Positions 11,811-26,852 of a stretch of DNA of 64,000 bases are shown piece after piece. Position numbers and translations under genes: made by a program. Each line of letters starts with the position of its first letter. Position 1 is the first letter of the stretch. The DNA is from Octopus vulgaris (lineage: Eukaryota): positions 69,130,001 to 69,194,000 of the forward strand of contig OX597825.1 of the NCBI GenBank assembly GCA_951406725.2. Direction: 5' to 3'. The notes below the pieces were generated by a model. It had not been told where the DNA came from. It did not search any database and was given only the letters and a program-made list of their open reading frames with translations.

Positions 11811-13699
11811 GATTTCACATCAAGAATCTTGCAAAACAAATATATAAACGTAAATAAATTGGTAGAAGAGTTTATACATTTTGTTATTGTATTTTGTTGC
11901 CTTATTTCTGCATTCATTTCAATTGATTTTGAAAATAGTGCAGGATTTAGTAATATAACCTTGCTGTACGGATCATAAATTGATGCAACATTTTGAAGGT
12001 GGATATAATTGAGATAATTTTAAAGCAAGGAATATGTGTCACAGGAATAGGAACGGTCTCAAGCAGTTTGGTATGAACGGTTTTAATGTCATCAGATGCT
12101 TTTATTGTTTCTGGTGTTATTGTTGTTGTTGTTGTTGTTGTTGTTGTTAAGCAACAAGACGGGTAAGGGTGATTAGGTGATGGCCTAGGGCTTACGGGCG
12201 GGAGACCCCAGACCTTGGAAAAAAAAAACTTTGGTCGTCTTGTTGTAGTCGAGGGCTCTTCGTTGACGCCCGACACCACTGGGAGGTGGCCTTCGAAGTC
12301 GCTGGAAATGGAGATCTCCAGGTCCAAATTCTTGAACGGCTGTTGTTTCTGGTGGTGTGGATGTTGTAGAGGCATTTAATTTTCAGCTCCCAATGGTCAG
12401 TGGACTCGACCATCGAACGCCGAAAGGGAGTAGAGAGAACATGTTATTGATGAACGAATGGCGACTTAGCTGGACTGATTGAGCAAATGAGTAATTAAGC
12501 AATCGACTAGTGACTTAGTTAAGTGATGAAGAAATGACAAATAAAAAATAAGGAAGTGAAATAGAATCGGAGCGTGTGTTTATTAATGACGCTCCCATGA
12601 TGCAACAAAATTTGCTTCAATTCACAAGTTCATACCAAGAATCTTGCAAATCAAATACAAAACCAAGAGATTATCTCGTTATTTATGCATGGAAGAATTT
12701 CAAACGGTAACACTTAGATGGGAGGAATTCAAGCGTGAAACTCCTATAAACCAGTAAGAAAACGATTGGAGTGACGTGTGCACCTGTGTTTGTGTCCGTG
12801 CGTGCTTGTATGTGTGTGCGTGTGTGTATGTGTATGTGTGTGCGTTGGTGTACGTTCGTGCGTGTTTATGTGTGCGTGCGTGTGCGTGTTTGTTCGCGTC
12901 TATCTTGTAGCGTTAAAGCGAAAGAAAAATGTGTTCTTGGAGAAGCCCACTGAACCTGATTATAAATAACAACTATTTCCCTGTCTTTTGGACATCGTGC
13001 AACAAACAAACAAACAAATACAATGTCTAGAATAAGATTTCTTGTAAAACTTATTTCAGATCAAAGACTTGGTTCTTATACGTGAATTACAAGCATGTGG
13101 TTTTCAGACTATCGATTTTTACAGTTTTGTTTTTATTTGGCCGGAATGGATACATACAATACTTTGTTCTATATATAAGATACAATGGAGTGCAATAAAA
13201 GGACGAAATGATCAAAGACTAAGAGATTAGCTGCAGCTAGAGCACCTCTTACGGCAGTTATGATCAAGTGTTTAATTTACTTATGAATGAATGTGTAACC
13301 TATTGGTTCAAGCTAAATGCAGTAATCAAATGGAGCCAGTCAAGGAATAAATTTATAAGCAATTCATAAATTTTCACTAAGTATGTCTCTATGGTTTAGC
13401 TATGCTCTCCTCAACCACATTGCACTGGGTTCTCGGCACATTTAACAAGTGTCTTCTGCTATCTCGGAGTGAATAATATTTCGAGAGTAGAATTTTCTAG
13501 ACGGATATTGCAAAAGCTAGCCTCATATATGGCTGTGTGGTAAGTAGCTTGCTTACCAACCACATAGTTCCGGGTTCAGTCCCATTGCGTGGCATCTTCG
13601 GCAAGTGTCTTCTACTTTAGCCTCGGGTCGACCAAAGCCTTGTGAATGGATTTGGTAGACGGAAACTGAAAAAGCCCGTCGTATATATGTATATATGTA

Positions 13700-13936
13700 T
13701 CCATGTTGATTCGCTAGCCTCTGCACGCATTTTTTTCTCTCCTTCTTTCTGTGTTTATTTTCTCTGTGTATCTTTCTGTTGAAGAGCGTAGGCTCGAAAC
13801 GTTAAAGACTTGTTTTATTTATATTTCATGAGCGCCATACTAATACAATTGTTTGTTTGTATTCCACCTGCCTTCGTCTTTTGTTTATTTCCGTAAACCT
13901 GCCTTCGTCTTTTGTCTATTTTCATAAAGCTTCCCG

Positions 13937-13938
<2 letters not shown>
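13700..13938 (+). mobile_element. PLE pLTR fragment with hammerhead motif (13771-13808), ending in (TA)n
   Basis: tcttt-CTGTTGA-a-gagc gtag gctc-GAA-ACGT-T-aaaga; sits in the internal microsatellite of a SINE A 5' half (13530-13700). Confidence 0.65.
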
Positions 13939-13989
<51 letters not shown>

Positions 13990-15739
13990 GTACTAGTCCT
14001 ATTTCATCTCAATTTTTATCTGTCAATTTACTAACTGTAAATCAATTAACTAAAGAATTGTTGGGCTACTCATTAAATCTATCGGTCCGTTAGCTAGGTT
14101 TATGAAAGTCCTCTCGTAGCCACTCGCGAACTCATTAAAGACACGCCCTGTCTTATCTAAGATTCATTCGAGTCTAGATGTGAATGGCGACGAAAGAATA
14201 TAGACAAACGTAGCTGATTGGTTGACCGAACGAATAGCCAACAATCGATTAGTTGATTGTTAAATGCTAAACCTTTTATAACAAAAATGAAATAAGCGGA
14301 ATACAACTTGTATGTGCTTATTATAAGCATAATAACTCCCGAGATACATCAGAATAATAATTTGTGATTTAACAAATATTTATAAACTATATTGTGATTG
14401 TATAAATAAATTGTTCTTAAAACGTTTTACATATACACATTGTGTCCATAGTGATGGCAGTCGTTACAAGCGAGAAAAGTATCGCCTCAAAATATAAAGC
14501 AGGATTAGAAATTTTAATCTGATATTAAAGTATTACGTTAAAAACATGCAGAAAATTCGCTTATTTGATTTTAGTTGTTGCTTACTTATTACTAAGTTCA
14601 TGCAGTTTCTAGTTGCTGGTAATCATGTATAGCACTATTTCGCTCTTTTTAGAAATAGTCAACATTATATAATCCATCACATTAATTATATATCATTTTC
14701 TCAAGTGAGATATTTCATTAAAGATGAGAAAACACATACTTCTTGGAGGAAATTGGTGCAACATGCTTTATTATTTTCTTCCATAGACCGTTAGCAGTTT
14801 TGGAGTCGAGAGAAAGACAGACCGTGAATGCACACGCGCACGCACATGTTTTAATACATCTATATTCAGTTACAACTTGGTGTTCTGCTTTTAAATCATT
14901 CTTTAGTTCTACTTTAAATTTCATCAACTGGGATTGATAAAGTAAGTACCAGTCAAGCGCACTTATGTCGAATATATCGCCTAAATTTTTCATCTTAAAG
15001 TTTTTGCTCCGTTCCTATGTTAAAATCTCTATCCTGAACTTCAGATATAGTATCAATATTTGCAAATACTTTAAAATGACACTAAAACATTCGGTCGAAT
15101 AATGTTCAACGCCTTCTTTTTTGCAATTTAATAAAAGCTATTTTCCAATAAGATGCTTTATTTCTGAAACAATGAGTATTTCTTTTTCTTCCTTTAAACA
15201 GTAAATATTTCATCTCCTCCTCCTCCTTTTTCTGCTTCTTCTTCTTCTTCCACCTCCTCCTCCTCCCTTTTTAAGCGTTACGTGTGCTTCTGCTTTTAAA
15301 AGTTAAATATTACTTATTTTTTTTCTTTAAACATTGAATCGTTCTTCTTTTACGATGGACCCATTATATGCACTAACATGTTAGAAGAAAAGAAAGAACA
15401 GATTAAATAATAAATTCGGGTAGCTTGGAAACCATCTCCCACCCACGAAAATAAAAACAAAACAAAAACAAACAAAAAGCGAAACTAAACAAGTTAAACA
15501 AAACGGTGATTGCAGTTGGAGCACGTTTTATGATAGAGTGCTTAATCAAAGGTGATCCGGGTTTTAACAATTATTAACAAGAACGAAAGTTAATGAAGAA
15601 TATATTGGATAATGGAGTTGTAGGTGTACTGTCACAAAGAAAAAGATGGGCTGGCCACGGTTGGAATGTCTTTGATTATAAGTGTGACTGATGATGCCAA
15701 TTTGTTTCGTATATTCTTGTTAAATATTCAAAATATACA

Positions 15740-15891
15740 CAGTCGCAGGTGTCGCTGTGTGGTCAGAAGCTTGCTTCCCAACCACATGGTTCCGGGTTCA
15801 AAACCACTGCGTGGCACCTTGGGTACGGCCTCGGGCCGACCAAATCCTTGTGAGTTGGTAGACGTAAACTAAAAGAAGCACATGGCATGTA

Positions 15892-15948
<57 letters not shown>

Positions 15949-15971
15949 ATATATATATATATATATGTATG

Positions 15972-16034
<63 letters not shown>

Positions 16035-16059
16035 ATATATATATATATAATATAATTTA

Positions 16060-16107
<48 letters not shown>

Positions 16108-17175
16108 GTATAAATTTTTCTTCATTTTCTGATTGAATGAAGAAATGAATTATTTTGCAGAATTCTCTTGTACGACAATTCTGTTTTATTGTTATTATAT
16201 GTGTATTTCAATTAAAACTTTTTAAATAAAATATATTGTATGAAAGATTTAGATATATGTATTATAACTATATTTCACTCTTTTGTAATCAGGTGTGTGA
16301 CAATATTTTCATCTCCTTGTCATGATATGAAAAATAAAAAATAAATTGCTTTAGATTATGTCGATGTAATAACGTGTTTATAATAAATGATTGCTTGATG
16401 GAATTCAGGGCACTGCAAGTTATAAGAGTGCAAAATCGTGAATTTAGAAAAAAAATGAAGTCGTTGAATTCTCCGACTATTATTATGTCGCAGTTATTCT
16501 TTCCGCTATCGATGAAGGAGAAATATATTCTTTTCTACTCTAGGCACAAGGACCAACATTTTGGTGGAGGGAGCTAGTCGATTAGATCGACTCCAGTACG
16601 CAACTGGTACTTCATTTATTGACCCCGAAAGGATGAAAGGCAAAGAAGACCTCGGAGGAATTTGAACTCAGATAAAATACCGCTAAGCAATGCGCCCGGC
16701 GTGCTAACGTTTCCTATTTCTTTATTGCCACAAGTGGCTAAACATAGAGGGGACAAACAAGGACAGTGCGTAACTGGTACTTAATGTATCGACCCCGAAA
16801 GGATGAAAGGTAAAGTCGACCTCGGCGGAATTTGAACTCAGAACGTAACGGCATACGAACTACCACTAAGCATTTCGCCCGGCGTGCTGACGTTTCTGCC
16901 AGCTCTCCGCCTTATTGTGGTAAAAGAGTACAGCGGGGCTCACCCCCACCACCGTGCATGTGTGCATGTGTATACGCGTGTGCGTCTTTTTTGTTTGTGT
17001 TTGTTTTACAATCACCGCTTGAGAACGAACCAGTGTTCATGTGTTTACATCCCTGTAACTTAGCAGTCTGGCGATAGAGAGCGACAGAGTAAGTACTGCA
17101 GTCGATTCATTCGACTAAACATTCGTCATGGTGATGCCCCAGCAAGGCCGCAGTCTAACGACTGAAATAAGAATG
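15740..17175 (+). mobile_element. Diverged SINE family A split in two (15740-15895 and 16955-17175)
   Basis: 5' half and 3' half are separated by an expanded (TA)n plus an ~850-bp insert. Confidence 0.75.
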
Positions 17176-17633
17176 GGATAAGAGAAGACGAAATAATAAT
17201 ACTGGTCGACGATCAAACCTATTTATGACCAGATGAACCGGTAGAAATAGCAACCAAATCACCCAGTATTTTAGGTTTTGTCCTATTAAAAGCGGATACA
17301 TTTTTGAATGCAGAGCAAAATATGATAAATATGAGGTTTCCAAAGAATGTGATGCGTCATAATTAGTGTTTGACAATAGAACTCATTAGTCTACGACTTA
17401 TATATGAGTTGGGTTTAAACAACCACAGAAGTGACATGGCCAGGATCATGATCGGGGTCATCATCGTCATCATCATCATAGTCGTCGTCGTCTTCGTTAT
17501 CGTCATTGCCGTGGCCATCGTCGTGGTCGTCTCCCCACCTCCATTATCCTCTCCCCCCTCCTCCTCCTCCTCATCATCATAATCATCATCGTCATCATCA
17601 TTATCGTCGACAACGTCATCGTAGCCGTCGTCG

Positions 17634-17670
<37 letters not shown>

Positions 17671-18888
17671 TGTCGTCATCATCGTCATCAGCAGAAGCAG
17701 CATCTGTGGAGGCACAATGACACAGTGGTTAGGGCAGCGGACTCGCGGTCGGAAGAACGCGGTTTCGATTCCCAGACTGGGCACTGCGAGTGTTTATTGA
17801 GCAAAAACACCTAAGTTCCACGAGGCTCCGGTGGTGTGGGTGAACCCCGCTGTACTCTTTTACCACAATAAGGCGGAGAGCTGGCAGAAACGTTAGCACG
17901 CCAGGCGAAATGCTTCGTGGTAGTTCGTCTGACGTTACGTTCTGAGTTCAAATTCCGCCGAGGTCGACTTTACCTTTCGTCCTTTCGGGGTCGATAAACT
18001 AAGTACCAGTTACGCACTGGGGTCGATGTAATCGACTTAATCCGTTTGTCTGTCCTTGTTTGTCCTCTCTGTGTTTAGCCCCTTGTGGGTAGTAAACAAA
18101 TTGGTATTTCGTCTGCCGTTAAGTTCTGAGTTCAAATTCTGCGGAGGTCGACTTTGCCTTTCATTCTTTCGGGGCCAATAAATTAAGTACCAGTTGCGTA
18201 TTGGGGTCGATCTAATCGAATGGACCTTCTCCACAATTTCCAGCATTGTGCCTAGGGTAGAGAAGAATATTTTAGGCGGCGAGCTGGCAGAAACGTTAGC
18301 ACGCCGGTCGCCATGCTTAGCGGTATTTCGACTGAGTTCAAATTCCTTTGCCTTTCATCCTTTAGGGGTCAATAAATGAAGTACCAGTTGCGTACTGAGG
18401 TCGATCTAATTTACTAGTTCCCTCCCCCCAAATTTCGGTCCTTGTGCCTGGAGTAGAAAAGAATATATTTCTCCTTCATCGATAGCAGAAGCAATAACTA
18501 CAACATAATAATAGTCGTAAAGTTCAACGACATCACTTTTTTTTTTCTAAATTCACGATTTTGCACTCTTATAACTTGCAGTGCCCTGAATTCCATCAAG
18601 CAATCATTTAAAATAAACACGTTATTACATCGACATAATCTAAAGCAATATATTTTTTATTTTTCATATCATGACAAGGAGATGAAAATATTGTCACACA
18701 CCTGATTACAAAAGAGTGAAATATAGTTATAATACATATATCTAAATCTTTCATACAATATATTTTATTTAAAAAGTTTTAATTGAAATACACATATAAT
18801 AACAATAAAACAGAATTGTCGTACAAGAGAATTCTGCAAAATAATTCATTTCTTCATTCAATCACAAAATGAAAAAAAAATTACAACG
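16107..18888. repeat. Large inverted duplication (16107-16954 vs 17829-18888)
   Basis: Apparently unique AT-rich DNA plus SINE pieces present in both orientations, with substitutions and indels. Confidence 0.9.
17707..18465 (+). mobile_element. Nested SINE cluster: family D head followed by family B multimer
   Basis: tggaggcacaatgacacagtggttagggcagcg head (cf. 21175-21465), then three family B units. Confidence 0.8.
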
Positions 18889-19199
18889 AATGATGGTGTA
18901 ATTCTATCTTTATTTAAACGTAGCCATTGAGATTAAGTTAAGATGCGCCTAAGCTGAGAAACAGACTTAATTAAAGAAGTATATAGCTGGTAGTAGTAAT
19001 ATAACAATGAAAGAAATCTTAAAAGTTAATATCGTTCCTAATAAAATCTGGTAATAGCTGAAGGGAATATGAACACGCGAGAGAAAAGTTGGATATTTCG
19101 TAAGTATTTAGTTTTAATCACTATGACTATTTTCCATCAAATATTAAAAAATATTGTAAATTAATACTTATATTATTTTTTCTTGTTACTTAATGATAT

Positions 19200-19354
19200 A
19201 TAGGCACATATACACACAGCAATAAATACACACATGCATAAATGCATATATATACATACATAAATACACACATGCATAAATGCATATATATACATACATA
19301 AATACACACACACACATACATAAATACATATGTATATATATACATAAATACATA

Positions 19355-19399
<45 letters not shown>

Positions 19400-20262
19400 A
19401 ATACATATGTATATACATACATAAATGCATACATGCATATATATATATATACACACATATAAACATAAACGTAGTAAAAAATACACACATATTTAAATAT
19501 GTGCATATATACGCACGTAAACAAACAAATGTAAAAGACGTACGATTACATAAATACATAAATACAGACACATATACATACATATATAGGTACATATATG
19601 CGCATGCGCATGCAAGCACAAATATACATGGAAGACACGCACACAAAAGAAATCGCACATAAATACACATGCATGCACATATACGTGCAAACTCACATGC
19701 TAGATATGCGCCTAAACACATACATACATACATACATGCATGCATACATGCATACGTACATACATACATACATACATGCGTGCATGCATGCATACATACA
19801 TACATACATACGCACATACATACATACATACATACATACATACATACATACATACATACATACATACATACATACATACATACATACATACATACATACA
19901 TACATACATACATACATACATGCACATACATACATACATACATACATACATGCATACATACATACATACATACATACATACATACATGCATACATACATA
20001 CATACATACATATGCATACATACATACATACGTACATATATACATACATACATACATACGTACGTACATATATACATACATACATAGTACATACATACAT
20101 ACATACATACATACATACATACATACATACATACATGCATACATACATACATACATACATACATACATACATACATACATACATACATGCATACATACAT
20201 ACATACATGCATGCATACATACATACATACATACATACATACATACATACATACATACATAC
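19200..20262. repeat. Long (TACA)n/(TA)n microsatellite region
   Basis: Direct inspection. Confidence 0.95.
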
Positions 20263-20998
20263 AAGCACACCACATACATAGCACATACAGAGAACATAGC
20301 TGCCGTAGTGGCCGATTCGTTATGCGAATGTATATAATTACTGCTGTTTGGCAACATATCAAATTAAAGATAATTTGATTAACACATTGCAGGAAATGTT
20401 ACACAGGAATATTTCTACTAACACGTATATAAACATTGTATATATATACATATATAAACTAAACAATGCTTTAGAGACAATCTCAACGCGTATCACCTTA
20501 ACGAAGTATGCACGGTTAGATACATTTACAGAATTAAAAGAGTCTTTAAGAAAGAAACATCGTGCTGTGAATAAATTAATACTTAATCGTGACTAAAATT
20601 TGCTAGAACTTTTAAAGGACATCCTCGTTTATGTAAAGTTATATACTGACTGACTGGCTTGCTGGGTTACCTATCGATGTTCGTGTATTACATCAAAGCG
20701 ACAAGAGACAGAATATCGTGATTTCCAAGACGTGTTAACAGTTGCGCCTGACATTTCCTGTTCACATAGATGTAGTTTCGCCCAAATAAACCTTCATATT
20801 TCGGTGCTCGACGTGATAAAACTATTCGCTTAACGCCAAATTTTTTGCATCGATTCTTCCTCAGACTAGATATGTTCCACACAAAGGATGGTACAAGTAT
20901 TTATGTATTGACAAAATTATATCATGCGAAGTTACTCTGAAGAATGAAAGATATGATAACAAAGAAATTTTCATCAGGAGAACGTGGTTATCGCAGTC

Positions 20999-21044
<46 letters not shown>

Positions 21045-21086
21045 AACATATATACATACGAACTACAGGCAGACATACACACGTAT

Positions 21087-21174
<88 letters not shown>

Positions 21175-21175
<1 letters not shown>

Positions 21176-21465
21176 TGGAGGCGCAATGGCCCAGTGGTTG
21201 GGGCAGCGAACTCGCAGTCGTAGGATCGCGGTTTCGATTCCCAGACCGGGCGTTGTGAGTGTTTATTGAGCAAAAACACCTAAAAGCCCCACGACGCTCC
21301 GGCAGGGGGTGGTGATCCCTGCTGTACTCATTCATCACTCTTTCTTTCTTCTGTTGGCCTGCTCGCTTAGCTAGCGGGGTGACGTCATTCGAAGGCTAAA
21401 ACAATGCGAAGCGCATTGTGACCAGCGATGTGTAACAACATCTGATGGTCTGGTTTGTCACGTGA
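21175..21465 (+). mobile_element. tRNA-derived SINE family D inserted in (TA)n
   Basis: A box tggcccagtgg, B box ggtttcgattccc; TA tracts on both sides. Confidence 0.8.
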
Positions 21466-21616
21466 TATATATATACATAAATATACATACAATAGAATAA
21501 TGGTTAACGAGCTAAAGTCTTAGACTTTTGCCATAAATGTTCGCTATGGTTTTCTTTGCTAAATATTTTCTCTCCATATATATAAGAGAGATTCTATATC
21601 TCTATATATATATATG

Positions 21617-21683
<67 letters not shown>

Positions 21684-22221
21684 AATCCATAAGTAATAGT
21701 GAAATGAATTGTCACAGCCCAGAATCGAACTCTGAACCTTGAATTTAAATCTTAGATAATTTCCTTCAAAGATGAGTCTGTGCATGTTTGCGCAGCCCAT
21801 TTAAAATAACAGCTAAATATTCCCTAAACAGCATCCTATAGTCTTATAGAGATAGATAACTAGATAGATGGAGGGATAGAGATAGAGAGAGAAATAGAGA
21901 GATAGTTGTACTGGATAACGTATTGCAATATGTAGAGAATAGCATGATAATAGAACTGGAACGCCGTGTTCTATAGTTTAATCCAGCAGCGTTGGCCTTG
22001 GTCATAACAACAAAGAGGACAACTGCGAAGGGTGATTCAGCCAAAAGACATGAACAACTAAAGAATTATTTGAAAGGAGAACATCAGCAGACGAAATATT
22101 TTCATTCAAATACCGATTAAATATCCATGAAGTCACCCACATCTTGCTAGACATTTGACTGCTATTTTTATTAGAACAAACGACTCCGCACAATATAGTA
22201 GGCAATGTGTATATATATATA

Positions 22222-22271
<50 letters not shown>

Positions 22272-22275
<4 letters not shown>

Positions 22276-22565
22276 TATCGGTCTCTTTTGCCGAACCGCT
22301 AAGTGACGGGGACGTAAACACACCAGCATCGGTTGTCAAGCAATGCTAGAGGGACAAACACAGACACACAAACATACACACACACATATATATACACATA
22401 TATACGACAGGCTTCTTTCAGTTTCCGTCTACCAAATCCACTCACAAGGCATTGGTCGGCCCGGGACTACAGCATAAGACACCTGCCCAAGATGCCACGC
22501 AGTGGGACTGAACCCAGAACCATGTGGTCGGTTAGCAAGCTACTTACTACACAGCCACTCCTGCG

Positions 22566-22568
<3 letters not shown>
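22272..22568 (-). mobile_element. SINE family A, 3' truncated, between (TA)n tracts
   Basis: Reverse complement of family A. Confidence 0.9.
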
Positions 22569-22651
<83 letters not shown>

Positions 22652-23120
22652 ATGTTGATACCTCATAAAATTTGTAGTCATTGAAACCTGATCACAAATA
22701 TGTTTACGTCTTTAAAGTTTCCAGTTCTTCAAATTAGCTTTATATACGCACTGGAATTACAGGTAGCCTATGATCGAATTAATTCGATCAAGTACTCTGG
22801 CTGAAATATATACCGTTCATCAACAGTCCATACTGAGAATAGTATTCTATGTTACCAAATACCTTACATACTTTCTATTGCTATAGATATATCTGTAACG
22901 TTAAACTGAGCTCAATACGAGAACTAATGTGATGAACACTACAAGACCTACTGTTATGTTCGTTGCAAGAGCCATTTCAAACCTCACTGTAACAGTAATG
23001 CAAGTCTCTCTGGGAGAGGATGCAGGTTCGCCTCCGACAGTTTCTCTTCAAAAGGGTTCTTCAAACCAATATTTACACGCTTTTATTTATAGCTTTATGC
23101 GCTTCATGATCCACTGTTCC

Positions 23121-23160
<40 letters not shown>

Positions 23161-23163
23161 CAT

Positions 23164-23231
<68 letters not shown>

Positions 23232-23470
23232 TGTTGCCTTGTGGAAGGAACGGCAACAATGTTCTTTGTCTATCTCCTTAACTTCTTGGAGATTTTAGGC
23301 AAAATTATACTAATGCGTCCATCTGTTTCAATTTAATTAACTCTAAGTCTTTGTGCAGCTGAGGACTGCCCTGCATTTAGACTGATGTAATGGTCGCACT
23401 GTTCAATTAAATGGAGTTGCGTGAAACGATCGTACTGCATTACCTTTGGATATCCTTGTTGCTTATTTTC

Positions 23471-23531
<61 letters not shown>

Positions 23532-25078
23532 ATATATATATTTATGCATGTATGTGTATGTGAGTGTATGTGTGCATGTTTATTTGTATGCAAGTTTGTG
23601 TGTGTATATGTGTGTGCATGTGTGTATGTGTGTGTGTGTCCGTGTGTAAGGGAATGTATATGTATACCAAATTGATGGCCGTCGTTTCCTCTTGTATCGC
23701 TGTATTGAGCTAACTAAAATTATGTATAAATGCAACTGTTATCATACAAAATGTATAAAGTATGCGACGTATTTTTCTACAAATTTGTACTTTTTGGCTC
23801 CTACCTACTCACATAATAGTTCAGAAAATTGTATATACCTCCAGGCCATATCACATCAGACACTGAAATAAATATATACTGATTAGAAATATTTTCCACT
23901 GAGAGCAATAATGTAAATGTTTACAATATTTTGAATGAAAACTGTCTTCATAAATGAAATTATTTTCAAAAATAAACATATTTCTTTTATATATAATATA
24001 TATATAATAACATTAATGATGATGTTAATAATTTGCACCACTGGCACAAGACCATGTTTTGAAGGGAGGGGATTATTTGATTACACTAACCCCAGTATGT
24101 AACTGGTAGCTTCTTTCTTTCTCAAATTCGGAAGGATGGATGAGAAGTGAATTTGAACTCAAAACATAAAGGGTCAGAACAAATATGAGAAAGCAATTTT
24201 TTTTCTGATATTCTAACAGGTTGGTCAAACAAGCATCTTTAAATAGATGTCTAATGTAGTCTTAAGGCCAAGAATTTGGTGAGATGGAACAAACAGTCAA
24301 TGTTATTGACAATGGTACATGACTGGTATTGTATTTTGCTGACCCCTGGAAGCCTGAAAGACAAAGTAAGCCGTAGCAAGGTTTGAACCAGAACGAATAG
24401 AATCACAACTAAATACCAAATACTAAATATATGTTTGTTATTTTATAAATGATCATCCTTTAATAGAGTGAAACATCAATCATCCTTTTAGGATGAAGCA
24501 GATCTGCGCAAATTTGTATTCACAAGCCACCTGAAGATAAACAGAATCCTTTTGATGTAAATGAAAAGGGGTATTCCATAAATGTTGAGTCTTTAATAGG
24601 AGTAGTTATAACTGTTCTAAATTACAGTAATTTTGGTATATCATTGCTAGGTTTTAAATAAGCTCACCTAGCGAATTTTGTTATTCCAGACTGAAGGAGA
24701 GGGGCTGTAGCAGTGCCTTGAATACAACCTACTAAGCAATGCTTGTCACAGCTGACTACTTTGTAGAATGCAGTCAGGAAGTGAAAGCAGTATGAAAGCT
24801 CTTTTTTTTTTCAATAATGTGATGAGTCAAACGGCAAAAACACTATAAAAAATTATGAAATGTTTCAGATTGCTTGTGGATTAACTCTTAGGAACTGAGC
24901 ATCGGTTTTTCGCTGTTGCAAGAGGCCAGTCTATGCAAATCCAACGAGAGGCGCATTGTAGAAAGAAAAGCAACCGGACGAAGGAAATATCTTCATTTAT
25001 ATAGCTCAAAAATAAAATTAAAGATGGCAAAAAGATAAGCGAATGCGCAATCCAGCGAGAAAAGTATTACACTCACAC

Positions 25079-25121
<43 letters not shown>

Positions 25122-25189
25122 GATAGATAGATAGATATGTGTGTGCATACATACACACAGACAAAGGCACACACAGACACACATATACA

Positions 25190-25560
25190 TAGGTGCAGAC
25201 GTGGCTGTGATGTAAGAAGCTTGCTTCCCAACCACATGCCTCTGGGTTCAGTCCCACTGCGTTTTATCTTGGGCGAGTGTCTTCTATATCCTCGTACCGA
25301 CCAAAGCCTCGTGAGTGGATTTGGTAGACAAAAACTGAAAGGCGGCGAGCTGGCAGAAACGTTAGCGCGCCGGGTGAAATGTTTAGCGGTATTTCGTCTA
25401 CCGTTACGTTCTGAGTTCAAATTCTGCCGAGGTCGACTTTGCCTTTCATCCTTTCGGGGTCCATAAATAAAGTACCAGTTTCGCACTGCGGTCGATGTAA
25501 TTTTTTTAATCCCTTTGTTTGTCCACTCTATAGGAAACTGAAAGAAACCTATCGTATATA
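25190..25560 (+). mobile_element. SINE A 5' half with nested SINE B (25342-25534)
   Basis: TSD aaactgaaag at 25332-25341 and 25535-25544. Confidence 0.85.
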
Positions 25561-25569
25561 TATATATAT

Positions 25570-25628
<59 letters not shown>

Positions 25629-26852
25629 CACACATACGTACATACATACATACATACACACACATATAATTTGACAAGAATTAGCAGCTAGATTAAAATA
25701 TTTCTTCATTTTGCATTTGGGAGTTGAAGTTTACTCGCCTGCTTATTATCAACGTGACAGCCCTGGGCATATATTATTTTAATACTTGCTATCTTTTCAC
25801 GTCAGTATTTTGGCGCTGTCAATTTTAGATCTGATATTAAGAAATTAGTTGCAGAATAAATTTGCTTCTCTGTTAATCCTGTGTATTTTAGTCTTCAATT
25901 TGAAGTAGAGTGCTTCAAAAGCGAATATATAAGCTAGGTTAAATATTTATATATTCATAATGAAATCGTATCTGAATGTATCTTAGTGAGATTTGTTAAA
26001 ATAGTTTTAAAAGGTAATATAATAAGTTGAACAAAATAAATGGAAAACCGATGTAAATTGGCAATATACTGGTTTGCATTTTACTGCATAAATATTTCGG
26101 GATTAAAACACCTTTATCAAGAAAAGATGGTGGAGGATGATGAACTTATCTCTTTTCTACGTTTTCACTTCATAAAAACATTGTCGCCCGTAAATATCTA
26201 TAAGGCAAATTTTAAATCCTTGTTTCATCCTCTATCAGTATTTAGTATTTTCTTTAGATTTTGCATAGGTATTAAAAATAATTTTAACTAACATTTGGGT
26301 ATTGATTTTAATCTTTACCATGTTTGCTTAGATAATCTAGTCGAAGGCATAATTCTGAAGAACCAAAATCAGTCTATAGAATTGGCATATCCATAATGTC
26401 TCTGACACGTAATCTGAACGGCACAGTCCACTTAGCTGGCACTAATGGTAGAAATCGTCTCGAAAACGTTGAGTCAATTTCCTATGAAGGTAGAGTTAGT
26501 TTATCTCTGACAGACTGGTTCACTTGTAAACTGGATGATTCCTTCAGGTTCACTTAACTTCATAGTCATTGACAATAGCCTGGATAAGTTGATGCTTCAT
26601 CGCATAATGCACCGTGAGTTCTATAAAACATTGTAATGATTTCTTTCATTAAGGTAAATGTGAAACACTTTTAGAAATATTTTCATTAGTACGAATGTGA
26701 AACATTTTGTTGGCGTGAAATTGTGAAACTAAATCAATGCTATCGGTAAGATTCGAAATCTGGGCATTAACTAATTCTGTCATTTTACAGCTAATTGTTG
26801 ACGTCGACAAGACTTGAACTCAGAAGACCGACGGGTGTAACAGCACTATGCT

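Noticed and set aside
12240-12290. RQRRALDY furin/TGF-beta-like motif on the minus strand
   Set aside because: No following cysteine-knot pattern; a short motif expected by chance
17370-17814. His-rich, Met-rich and transmembrane-like ORFs
   Set aside because: (CAT)n/(CGT)n microsatellite running into a SINE
19173-20362. 394-aa MYVC-repeat ORF and all similar YI/HT/CV ORFs in the track
   Set aside because: Translations of (TACA)n, (TA)n and (CA)n tracts
24600-24990. Possible degraded transposase (piggyBac-like)
   Set aside because: No diagnostic motif could be reconstructed by eye
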